A program made the position numbers and the translations under genes. 64,000 nt of DNA from an uncultured Gaiellales bacterium (GTDB lineage: Bacteria > Actinomycetota > Thermoleophilia > RBG-16-64-13), in assembly GCA_964399135.1 (NCBI GenBank), contig CAYNPL010000011.1, positions 28,539 through 92,538 of the forward strand, read 5' to 3'. This document shows, piece after piece, positions 49,424-58,214 of this stretch (position 1 is its first letter; each line of letters starts with the position of its first letter). The notes beneath the pieces were generated by a model, which saw nothing but the letters and a program-made list of their open reading frames with translations, made no database searches and was not told where the DNA came from.

Positions 49424-50418
49424 CGGCCCGCCTGTGACAGCGGGCCGGCAGGCGCCTCTGCCTCCGCGTCGGCCAGCCCGGGCACCCCGCCCAGGCCGCG
49501 GGCGAGCCTGACGGCCCGCCGCACACTCACTGCCACCGCCTCGGCGGCTCCCACCCCCACCTGGAACACGTTGCCCGCCACCCGCCCGGTCGCCAGCACA
49601 AAGACGCAATCGCCGTCCACGGGAGTGTGCACAGGGTCGATCGCCCGGGCGAAGCCATCGTGGCTCATCCGAGCCACGATGGCGCACTGCAGCTTGTCCA
49701 GACGGGCATCGGTGATGACCAGGCCCAGCGTGGTCGCCTCCACGGCGTTGAAGACCGGTGGGCTCGGCAGCGACAGCAGTAACCGCCTACTGTTCACAAA
49801 GGCACCGTCCCGCCGGGCCCCGGCCAGCACGGTGCCATCCTCGGCCAGCACGTCTCCCAATGCGTTGACGACCGTGAGGGCGGTGACGGTGATACCCGCA
49901 CCCACCTCGATGGTGGCCCACCCCACGCCGCCCTTCATGGCGTCGGCGATGCCGAGGATCTTGCCCACGGTGGCCCCTGTTCCCACTCCTACCGAACCTT
50001 CGGCAGGCGGGGAGGACCCCCCGTCCCATGCCGCAGCCGCCGCCGCGTAGGCGTCTTCGGGGCCCGGGCAGGCCGCAGCGTCCCCCAGGCCCAGATCGTA
50101 GATGACCGCCGCGGTCACCAGCGGGATCCGGGCATACATCGTCCGGTAGCCGCGGCCTTGCTCGCGCAAGAAGGTGGTCAGACCGACGGCCGCTCCCAGA
50201 CCGGGCGCACTTCCACCGGTGAGAAGGACCCCATGGAGCTCGCCCACCGAAGCGTACGGCGACAGCAGGGCCGTCTCCAGGGTACCGGGGGCACCCCCCC
50301 GGATGTCGACCGAAGCCGTCACCCCCTCGGGAGCAAGCACGGCCGTGCACCCGGTCAAACCCTCATAGTCCGAGCAGTGGCCGACAGAGACGCCTTCGAT
50401 CCCCAGTCCTGACGCCAC
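49420..50418 (-). CDS. P1/S58 family peptidase (DmpA/L-aminopeptidase D-Ala-esterase-like, Ntn hydrolase)
   Basis: 332 aa; DmpA_OAT fold pattern; 4-nt overlap with panC. Confidence 0.7.
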   Translation of the reverse strand: MASGLGIEGVSVGHCSDYEGLTGCTAVLAPEGVTASVDIRGGAPGTLETALLSPYASVGELHGVLLTGGSAPGLGAAVGLTTFLREQGRGYRTMYARIPLVTAAVIYDLGLGDAAACPGPEDAYAAAAAAWDGGSSPPAEGSVGVGTGATVGKILGIADAMKGGVGWATIEVGAGITVTALTVVNALGDVLAEDGTVLAGARRDGAFVNSRRLLLSLPSPPVFNAVEATTLGLVITDARLDKLQCAIVARMSHDGFARAIDPVHTPVDGDCVFVLATGRVAGNVFQVGVGAAEAVAVSVRRAVRLARGLGGVPGLADAEAEAPAGPLSQAGR

Positions 50419-50436
50419 TGGTGCCTTCCCTCTCCC

Positions 50437-51732
50437 CTAGCGGGAGTTCTTTCGCATCTGATCGAGGAACTCCGCGTTCGACTTGGTCTCTTTGAGCTTC
50501 TGGATGAGCAGCTCGATGGCGGCGTTGGGGTCGAGAGCGTGAAGGACCGACCGAAGCTTCCACACCATCTTCGCTTCCACCGGGTCCATGAGGAGTTCTT
50601 CTTTCCGGGTGCCCGAGTTCTCGATGTCGATGGCGGGGAAGACCCTCTTGTTGGCCAACTGCCGGGTGAGCCGCACCTCCCAGTTGCCCGTTCCCTTGAA
50701 CTCCTCGAAGATGACCTCGTCCATGCGCGAGCCGGTCTCCACCAGAGCGGTGGCCAGGATGGTGAGAGAGCCTCCCTCCTCGATGTTGCGCGCCGCCCCG
50801 AAGAACTTCTTGGGCGGATAGAGAGCGGTGGAGTCGACGCCGCCCGAGAGGATGCGGCCGCTGGCGGGGGCCTGCAGGTTGTAGGCGCGGGCCATGCGCG
50901 TGATGGAATCCAGCAGTACCACCACGTCCTTGCCCACCTCCACCAGGCGCTTGACCCGTTCCAACACCAACTCGGTCACCTGCACGTGGTTCTCACCCGG
51001 TTGGTCGAAGGTGGAGCTGACCACTTCTCCGGCCACCGTGCGCTCCATGTCGGTGACCTCCTCCGGGCGCTCGTCCACCAGCAACACCATCAGGTGCACC
51101 TCGGGGTTGTTCGCCGCGATGGCATGGGCGATGTCCTTGAGGATGGTGGTCTTGCCTGCTTTGGGGGGCGACACGATGAGCCCCCGCTGACCCTTACCCA
51201 GGGGACTTATGATATCCATCACCCGGGCGGAGATGCGATCGGGTGTGGTCTCCAGCCGCAGTCTCTCCTCAGGGAAGAGCGGGGTGAGCGACTCGAAGTT
51301 GGGCCGGTGCCGCGCCTGTTCAGGATCCATCCCGTTGACCGTCTGGATCTTGAGCAGCGCGTGGTACTTCTCGTTGTCGCGGGGCGTACGCACCTGGCCG
51401 GTGATCTCGTCTCCCCGGCGCAGCTTGAACCGCCTGATCTGCGACAGCGACACGTAGATGTCGGAATCCGACTGGGTGTAGCCCTGGGTTCGCAGGAAAC
51501 CGTAGCCGTCGGGCAGGATGTCGAGCAGGCCGGTGCGAAAATGCAGGCCCCTCTCCTGCGACTGTTCGTTCAGGATCTTCATGATGAGATCCTGCTTCGA
51601 GTACTTACGGAAGTTCTTGATGCCGAGCTCGCCGGCGACCATGTGCAGGTCGGACAGCAGCTTGGGCTCTATCTCCGTCGCCACAGCGGTCTTCGCCGAG
51701 GGCGCTTGCTGTTGTTCGTCGTGGTCGTTCAC
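50437..51732 (-). CDS. rho: transcription termination factor Rho
   Basis: 431 aa; OB-fold N-domain (GYGFLR), Walker A GLIVSPPKAGKT, Q and R loops; no long N-terminal insertion. Confidence 0.95.
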   Translation of the reverse strand: MNDHDEQQQAPSAKTAVATEIEPKLLSDLHMVAGELGIKNFRKYSKQDLIMKILNEQSQERGLHFRTGLLDILPDGYGFLRTQGYTQSDSDIYVSLSQIRRFKLRRGDEITGQVRTPRDNEKYHALLKIQTVNGMDPEQARHRPNFESLTPLFPEERLRLETTPDRISARVMDIISPLGKGQRGLIVSPPKAGKTTILKDIAHAIAANNPEVHLMVLLVDERPEEVTDMERTVAGEVVSSTFDQPGENHVQVTELVLERVKRLVEVGKDVVVLLDSITRMARAYNLQAPASGRILSGGVDSTALYPPKKFFGAARNIEEGGSLTILATALVETGSRMDEVIFEEFKGTGNWEVRLTRQLANKRVFPAIDIENSGTRKEELLMDPVEAKMVWKLRSVLHALDPNAAIELLIQKLKETKSNAEFLDQMRKNSR

Positions 51733-51774
51733 TTCAGATCTTCACTTCCTCCAGTGGTCGTTCTGTGTCGAGTC

Positions 51775-52761
51775 TTACCTGATACTGAGCGTCACCCGGT
51801 GGCCGGCGCTCTCCGCCCGATGCAGCGCGTTGATGGTGCGGATGGCGTGGCATCGTGAGCACATCACCATTGTCTCCGTGCGCACGCCGTCGTCGCGCAC
51901 TTCCACCCCCCGCAAGAACCTGCCGCGCGTGACGGCGGTAGCCACGAAGACCACGCCTTCGCCTGCCAGATCGGCGGCGGAGAGCTTGGCCTCTATGTCG
52001 TCGATCCCGGCGGCCCTCACCTGTTCCACCTGGTGACGCGACACCGGCCAGAACCGGGCTTGGAGCTCACCACCCAGGCAGCGCAGGGCCGCCGCCACGA
52101 TCACAGCCTCGATCGAACCGCCGATGCCGATGCACACGTCCGCGCCGGCATCACGTGAAGCCGCCGCGATCCCTGCCGAGATGTCCCCGTCGGGGATGAG
52201 CCGGAGGCGGGCCCCACACTGCTTGATCTGAGCCACCAGGTCCTCGTGCCGGGGCCGGTCCAGCACCACTGCGATAAGCTCCTCCACTGTGCGCCCCAAA
52301 GCCGCCGCGATGCCTTTGAGATTGGCCGCCACCGGAGCGTCCAGGTCTACCGCCGAAGCCGCCTTCCCCGCCACCATGATCTTCTGCATGTACATCTCCG
52401 GGACCGGCATGAGGCTGCCTGGCGGACCGGCTGCGAGCATGGATAGGGCGCCGTCGATACCCCGAGCCAGGGGCGCCATGCCCTCCAGCGGCAGGGGCAC
52501 GAGGTCCCAGACCTCCTGCGACTCAGGGTCTTCGCCGCCGAACTCCATGCCCGTCTGCAGAGGCCCGGCCTGCGCCCCTCCCTTGCAGGCCACAACACGA
52601 AGCCTCACCGGCATCTCCGCCAGAGCGCCGACCATGGCCGCGCGGGCGGCCGCTTCCCCGGCCGCGCCGTCTCCGCGCCCCATCCAGTCGGCCGCAGCGA
52701 GCGCCGCCGCGTCGGTGATATGCCCAAAGCGCCCACAGGTGCAGCGGCCCTCAGACGACAC
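51775..52761 (-). CDS. glpX: class II fructose-1,6-bisphosphatase
   Basis: 328 aa; GlpX N-terminus ITDAAALAAADWMGRGD, FIG-superfamily motifs. Confidence 0.85.
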   Translation of the reverse strand: MSSEGRCTCGRFGHITDAAALAAADWMGRGDGAAGEAAARAAMVGALAEMPVRLRVVACKGGAQAGPLQTGMEFGGEDPESQEVWDLVPLPLEGMAPLARGIDGALSMLAAGPPGSLMPVPEMYMQKIMVAGKAASAVDLDAPVAANLKGIAAALGRTVEELIAVVLDRPRHEDLVAQIKQCGARLRLIPDGDISAGIAAASRDAGADVCIGIGGSIEAVIVAAALRCLGGELQARFWPVSRHQVEQVRAAGIDDIEAKLSAADLAGEGVVFVATAVTRGRFLRGVEVRDDGVRTETMVMCSRCHAIRTINALHRAESAGHRVTLSIR

Positions 52762-53668
52762 GTTCCGCCTCCATTTCCTCTATGACCCCATACACGGCGT
52801 CCACTACCAGCCCCACTGTGTCATCGATGCTCACGTTGTCCACCACCAGGGTCCCTTCCTGCTCCGCCTGCTCCAAGATGAACTCCTGGATGCGCCGGAT
52901 CTCTGAGAACCCCCGTAGATAACGGGCCAGTACCCGTTTGCCCGCGGTCTCCTGCTCGCGCACCAGGAAGTGGCCGCGGTGCAGTTCTTCGTCCCGCACC
53001 GACACAACCAGAGACAGCAGCAGCACGTCGGGGTTGCGCTGCTTGGTCACCACCGAGGCCAACATGCCCGGCACCATGTGCACACCCTCCACCACCAGGC
53101 TGGTGTGCTCTTGGATGGCCCTGTCGATGATGGCCAGCACGCCCACGTTCACCATCTCCGCCTGCTCCATGAAGCCCAATATGTGCCGGTCGAGACTGGA
53201 GCCCACCGGGATGCGCACCGCTTGGTCCGCCTCATAGGAGGAGAAGTGGATGGACGGCATCAGACGCTTTGAGAAGAAGGCGCGCATCGCCTCCCTGATG
53301 GAGTCGGTGGAGATGATACGGACGATGCCGAACCGGTCGGCCACCCTGGCGGCGATGGTGCTCTTGCCCACCCCGGTGGCGCCGCCGATGAGGATGACCA
53401 CAGGCTTGTCCTCAGCCGCCAGCCGGTTCCACATCCGGTACCGCTGCAGGTACCGCTGTTCCTCCCTCTCGGCCAGGACAATCTCAACCATGGCCCGCAG
53501 GTGGTCCACGCCGATCTCGGCCTGACCGCCCTGCAGCAGCCGGTCCTCCACCTCTCTGGCCACTTCGTAGGATCGCTGCGGAACCAGGCCGGTGGAGGTC
53601 AGAGCCGTCGCCAGCAACCCCTTGGAAAAGGGGATCCTGTGTCCCTCGCTGACCAGTTGGATGATCAT
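52751..53668 (-). CDS. 2-phosphoglycerate kinase (ATP-cone + P-loop kinase)
   Basis: Probable start MIIQLVSEGHRIPFSKGLL (ATP-cone) at 53668; P-loop ILIGGATGVGKSTIA then ISTDSIREAMR; archaeal 2PGK-like. Confidence 0.65.
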   Translation of the reverse strand: MIIQLVSEGHRIPFSKGLLATALTSTGLVPQRSYEVAREVEDRLLQGGQAEIGVDHLRAMVEIVLAEREEQRYLQRYRMWNRLAAEDKPVVILIGGATGVGKSTIAARVADRFGIVRIISTDSIREAMRAFFSKRLMPSIHFSSYEADQAVRIPVGSSLDRHILGFMEQAEMVNVGVLAIIDRAIQEHTSLVVEGVHMVPGMLASVVTKQRNPDVLLLSLVVSVRDEELHRGHFLVREQETAGKRVLARYLRGFSEIRRIQEFILEQAEQEGTLVVDNVSIDDTVGLVVDAVYGVIEEMEAERVV

Positions 53669-53672
53669 GCCT

Positions 53673-55073
53673 TCATCGCCCGCGTCCGAACCTGTCTTTC
53701 GCCATGGCCGCCACCTGCTCCACGAGCTCCCGCAGCTCGCCTGCGTGCCCTGGAGCCGCCTCGACCGGCACATTGTCCACGAACACCACCGGCAACCCCC
53801 GCTTGACGGCTTCTTCCGCCACCAGGTCGATGGAGGCGGCCTTGATCTCGGTGAGCACTACTTCCACCCTTTCCATGGCTGGGTCGCCCAGGGCCCTCCT
53901 CAGAGCCACCCGGTCGGCAAGCTCAGTCGAGACCAGCTCCACCCGACACCCCCACCGCTCCTCCAGATGACCGGCCAGCGCGGGTCCTTGCCCCGCCGGG
54001 GCGGTCGAAAAGAAGGCCACCCGCCGGCCGCACACATCTTCCGCCGGCTCCGGCCTGAACACCACCGGCACCACCGGCAGTCCCGGCCTCACTTGCCGCA
54101 CCGCTTCCACGATGGCCCTCACCTTGCCCTGAGAAGCGAGCGGCTCCTCTGCCATCGTCAACACCATCGCGTCGCTCAGCAGCAGCCGGTATGTCCCCAG
54201 ACAACCGGCAATGTGGCCCACCGGCTGATGCGCCCCCGCCACCAGCAGCCTGGCGTCGGGCCGTACCGGAGGCTGGGCCGCACCGCTGCCTTCCAGGATG
54301 ATCAGGCCCGGTCTCAGCGCGTTCGCCAGCGACACCCCCGCGGCCACGTTCGACGAGAAGGGGACCCCGGCCATCCCCCCGCCGCAGCGCCTGCACCCCA
54401 CCGTGACCACCCGGCTGAGGACCGCGTCTTCGAAGTGGTCCGACGCGGCGTGCCGGCCTCGCCGGCTGAACTCCAGCAGGTCCTTGACCTGCAGCCGCGC
54501 CGTCGCGCCGTCGACGATCTCGGGCTCCGCTGGTCCGCCGCGCCCCATCGCTACCACGACGACGGCGGGGACACCCACCCCCGGACCTTCCCTTTGGCCC
54601 GCTGCCGCCTGCAGAGTCCGCGCTGCATAGCCGCTAACCGCCGTCTTGCCCACCCGCTTGCCGGTGCCTATCACGGCAAGTGAAGGACTGGTGCAGAGAC
54701 GGCTGAGATTCGCGGGGCTGAAGTGGAAATCGGGACCTACGTAGCCGACGTCGTGCGCCAGACTTTCACTGATGAGGCGGAAACGCTCCTCGTATCCTAG
54801 CACCGGTTCGTCGCTCAGGTCAACGACCACCTCCGGTTCAAACCGCTCGATGGCGGCCGCGAGTCCCCGCGCCCAATCCTTGTCGAACACCACCGGCAGG
54901 CCGTAGAGCTCCTCCGCGGCCGCTTCCAGCTCGGCGGCCTGGACCTTCTCGGTGCCGCCCAGGAACAAGGCCGCCCGGAATTCGAACCTGTCGGCGGCCT
55001 GCCGCAGCGCCTCCACGACCACGGGCGGGTAGTGCTCGCCGTCGATCAGAGCTACGGCGGAGGGTTTCATCAC
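53673..55073 (-). CDS. cyclic 2,3-diphosphoglycerate synthetase-like P-loop protein
   Basis: 466 aa; N-terminal LIDGEHYPPV block, IGTGKRVGKT P-loop; 4-nt gaps/overlaps with flanking genes; family call from memory. Confidence 0.5.
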   Translation of the reverse strand: MMKPSAVALIDGEHYPPVVVEALRQAADRFEFRAALFLGGTEKVQAAELEAAAEELYGLPVVFDKDWARGLAAAIERFEPEVVVDLSDEPVLGYEERFRLISESLAHDVGYVGPDFHFSPANLSRLCTSPSLAVIGTGKRVGKTAVSGYAARTLQAAAGQREGPGVGVPAVVVVAMGRGGPAEPEIVDGATARLQVKDLLEFSRRGRHAASDHFEDAVLSRVVTVGCRRCGGGMAGVPFSSNVAAGVSLANALRPGLIILEGSGAAQPPVRPDARLLVAGAHQPVGHIAGCLGTYRLLLSDAMVLTMAEEPLASQGKVRAIVEAVRQVRPGLPVVPVVFRPEPAEDVCGRRVAFFSTAPAGQGPALAGHLEERWGCRVELVSTELADRVALRRALGDPAMERVEVVLTEIKAASIDLVAEEAVKRGLPVVFVDNVPVEAAPGHAGELRELVEQVAAMAKDRFGRGR

Positions 55074-55825
55074 CCGGACGAGCGCTCGAACTCCACGATC
55101 GTCTCGCCCCCGTGGAACGGATACCGGCGAGAGACAGTGACGTGGCAGTCCCTGATCTCGACCACGTTGTAGCAGGGCTTGGTGTCTCCGCGTAGACGCA
55201 GGGTAGCCACCGTCCCCGCGTTCACCACATGCATGTTCTCCAGCCGCCAGGCGTACGGCACGTGCTTATGGCCCGACAGCACCAGTTCCACCCCGCATTC
55301 CAGCAGCACCTCCAGTACGTCACCGGCGTCGTTGACGATGTTCCGTTCGCGCCCGGTGCCGGGGATGGGCAGCAGGTGGTGGTGCAGAACGAAGACCTTG
55401 AAGTCGTCCGGCCCCTCCATGAAAGCCTCACGGATCCAGGGATAGCGATGACGGCCGATGCGACCGTAGTCCAAGTCGGGCTCGGTGGAGTCGACCCCGA
55501 CGATGGTGACCCCGTTCTTGCGGATGACCGTCTCGCGGGTGGCGAACAGCCGCTCGAAGTGGGCGTATCCCACGTTCCTGCTGTCATGATTGCCCGGCAC
55601 CACCAGCACGTCGGGGCAGTGGAGCCTGTCCAGATACTCCCGGGCCTCACGGAACTCTTGCCGGTAGCCCATGCTGGTGAGGTCCCCGGTGACCACCACC
55701 ACGTCCGGGGCCAGGTCGTTCACTTCCACCAGAGCCCGGTCCAACAGGTTGGAGACGAAGTACTGCGACCCTGTGTGAAGGTCGGACAGATGTGCGATCA
55801 CGCACGTGCAGGTTTGGTCTGGCAT
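55070..55825 (-). CDS. metallophosphoesterase (calcineurin-like)
   Basis: 251 aa; DxH (LSDLHTG), GDxxD (TGDLT), GNHD, HHH..GH motifs; 4-nt overlap with downstream gene. Confidence 0.8.
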   Translation of the reverse strand: MPDQTCTCVIAHLSDLHTGSQYFVSNLLDRALVEVNDLAPDVVVVTGDLTSMGYRQEFREAREYLDRLHCPDVLVVPGNHDSRNVGYAHFERLFATRETVIRKNGVTIVGVDSTEPDLDYGRIGRHRYPWIREAFMEGPDDFKVFVLHHHLLPIPGTGRERNIVNDAGDVLEVLLECGVELVLSGHKHVPYAWRLENMHVVNAGTVATLRLRGDTKPCYNVVEIRDCHVTVSRRYPFHGGETIVEFERSSG

Positions 55826-55829
55826 CGGG

Positions 55830-56936
55830 CTACTCCGCCGTCGCTATGATCTCCTCGACCGCGGCCAGGTCGGCCGGACAGTGGATGATAGGACGGGACT
55901 GGTCGATCGCAGTCTGGGGGTCCTTGAGGCCGTGTCCGGTGAGCACACATACCACAGTATCGCCCTTCGGCAGTCCGGAACCGCCGTACTTGAGCAGACC
56001 GGCCACGCTGGCGGCGGAAGCCGGTTCGCAGAACACCCCCTCTTTTTGGGCCAGAAGCCGCTGGGCGGCCAGGATCTCGGAGTCGGTGACGTCCCGGATG
56101 GCACCGCCAGACTCGCAGGCGGCAGCCAGAGCCTCCTCGCCTCGAGCCGGGTTGCCGATGCGGATTGCGGTGGCCACCGTCTCCGGCTGCTCTACCACGC
56201 AGCCCCGCACCAGGGGATTCGCGCCTTCGGCCTGGAACCCCCAGACCACCGGTGATCGCCCGGCCAATCCCCGCTCTTGGTACTCCCGGAAGCCCTTCCA
56301 ATAGGAGGTGATGTTGCCGGCATTGCCGACCGGGATGGACAGCAGGGCCGGAGCATCTCCCAGGGTGTCCACGATCTCGAAAGCGGCCGTCTTCTGGCCC
56401 TCGATACGGTACGGGTTGAGGGAGTTCACCAGGGTGATGGGCTGTCTCTGCGAGATCTCCCTGACGTACTCGAGAGCCAAGTCAAAGTTGCCCTCGACGG
56501 CTATGGCCACGGCTCCGTGCATGAGGGCCTGGGACAGCTTGCCCATGGCGATCTTGCCCTCAGGGATGAGGACCACGCAGCGCATGCCGGCCCGGGCCGC
56601 GTAGGCGGCAGCCGAAGCCGACGTGTTCCCGGTGGAAGCACAGATGACGGCCGTCGCCCCCTCCTCCAATGCCCGGGTGATGGCCACCGTCATACCCCGG
56701 TCTTTGAACGAGCCCGTGGGATTGGCCGCTTCGTATTTGAGGAAGACCCGGCAGCCCAACTCCCGGCTGAGCCAAAGCGCGGGCACCAAGGGCGTGCTGC
56801 CCTCGCCCAGAGTGGCAGGGGCGGTCTCCGGCTTGATGGGCAGGAACGCCCGGTACCTTTCGATGACGCCGAAGGGAAGCGCAGCCGCCCCGCCCCCCGA
56901 GCCGCCTTCACGACCGCGTGCCGATGCCGCCGCCAT
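55830..56936 (-). CDS. thrC: threonine synthase
   Basis: 368 aa; PLP lysine motif TGSFKDRG. Confidence 0.92.
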   Translation of the reverse strand: MAAASARGREGGSGGGAAALPFGVIERYRAFLPIKPETAPATLGEGSTPLVPALWLSRELGCRVFLKYEAANPTGSFKDRGMTVAITRALEEGATAVICASTGNTSASAAAYAARAGMRCVVLIPEGKIAMGKLSQALMHGAVAIAVEGNFDLALEYVREISQRQPITLVNSLNPYRIEGQKTAAFEIVDTLGDAPALLSIPVGNAGNITSYWKGFREYQERGLAGRSPVVWGFQAEGANPLVRGCVVEQPETVATAIRIGNPARGEEALAAACESGGAIRDVTDSEILAAQRLLAQKEGVFCEPASAASVAGLLKYGGSGLPKGDTVVCVLTGHGLKDPQTAIDQSRPIIHCPADLAAVEEIIATAE

Positions 56937-58214
56937 CTAGAGGACCCGCAGCGTCATGGGCCGGCTCTTGCAGCATGCGAGCGCCTCGGCCCGCTCGATG
57001 GCGGCGAAGAAGCCCTTCTCCTTAGTGGGATGGGTGATGATGACCAACTCCGCCTCCGCTCCCCTGCCCTTCTGTAGCATGCTGGCGATGGACACCGCAT
57101 GATCGCCGAAGACAGAGGCGATCTGAGCCAGGACCCCCGCCCGGTCTTCCACGTTCACCTTGACGAAGAAGGCCGACTCCACCTGCTCCGCAGGGTAGAA
57201 ACCTAGTTTGCGGTAGCAAGAGCAGCTCTGGAGGAAGCCCACATCCTTGGTGTTGGCGATGGACACGATGTCGCTCACCACTGCGGTCGCCGTCGGTCGG
57301 CCGCCCGCGCCCGGGCCCATGAGCATGATCTCGCCGATCTCGTCGCCCTGCAGGAAGACGGCGTTGTTCGACCCGCTGATAGAGGCCAACGGGTGCTCCT
57401 TCGGCACCAGAGCCGGGAAGACCCGCACGCTCACTCTGCCCTCGATGAGCCGGGCCGCGCCCACCAGCTTCACCACGAACCCCAGGTCCTTGGCGTAACG
57501 GACGTCGTCGAGGGTGATGTTCTGGATCCCCTCGTAAGCGACGTCGGCGAGAGTGACCCGGGAATGGAAGGCGATAGAGCCCAGGATGGCCATCTTGGCG
57601 GCGGGATCGGCCCCGCCTACATCCGCGGTGGGGTCGGCTTCGGCATAGCCCAGCTCCTGGGCCTTAGCCAGGATCTCGGCGTAGTCGCCCTCTTCTTCGT
57701 ACATGCGGGTGAGAATGTAGTTGGTGGTGCCGTTGACGATCCCATAGACGGTCTTGAGCCCGGCGGCGATCATGCTTTCCCGCATCACCTTGATGATGGG
57801 CACGGCCCCGGCCACCGAGGCCTCGAAGCGCAGGTGACGCCCTTCATCCCGGGCCAGAGTGAACAGCGCCTCCCCTCGAGCGGCCAGGAGCTGCTTGTTG
57901 GCGGTGACCACGTTCTTGCCCCTGCGCATGGCGGCATCCAAGAAGTCGAACGCCGCTCCCGTGCCGCCGATGACCTCCACCACGATATCGATGGAGGGAT
58001 CGTCGAGGATGTCGGTGAACTCGGTGGTGAACAGCCCGCCGGGGGCCTCCGCCGGGACCTTAGCGGGGTCGATCTCCAGGATCTTCGCCACCTGGAGGTC
58101 CACCCCGGTGCCCTCCAAGATCTGGTCGTGCTCCCCCTGGATGAGGCGATAGACGCTCGAACCGATGGTGCCGAACCCCAACAGTGCGAGCCGCACGACC
58201 CTTTCCCGGTTCAT
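56937..58214 (-). CDS. hom: homoserine dehydrogenase
   Basis: 425 aa; NAD-binding GFGTIG, catalytic domain, C-terminal ACT domain. Confidence 0.92.
   Translation of the reverse strand: MNRERVVRLALLGFGTIGSSVYRLIQGEHDQILEGTGVDLQVAKILEIDPAKVPAEAPGGLFTTEFTDILDDPSIDIVVEVIGGTGAAFDFLDAAMRRGKNVVTANKQLLAARGEALFTLARDEGRHLRFEASVAGAVPIIKVMRESMIAAGLKTVYGIVNGTTNYILTRMYEEEGDYAEILAKAQELGYAEADPTADVGGADPAAKMAILGSIAFHSRVTLADVAYEGIQNITLDDVRYAKDLGFVVKLVGAARLIEGRVSVRVFPALVPKEHPLASISGSNNAVFLQGDEIGEIMLMGPGAGGRPTATAVVSDIVSIANTKDVGFLQSCSCYRKLGFYPAEQVESAFFVKVNVEDRAGVLAQIASVFGDHAVSIASMLQKGRGAEAELVIITHPTKEKGFFAAIERAEALACCKSRPMTLRVL

Noticed and set aside
53673-55073. Alternative identity as a CofD/YvcK (2-phospho-L-lactate transferase-like) protein, given the missing yvcK
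   Set aside because: The CofD/YvcK family has its GGGxG nucleotide loop at the extreme N-terminus and is ~320 aa. Here the P-loop is at residue ~135 in a 466-aa protein with an N-terminal DGEHYPPV block, so cDPGS-like is more consistent.
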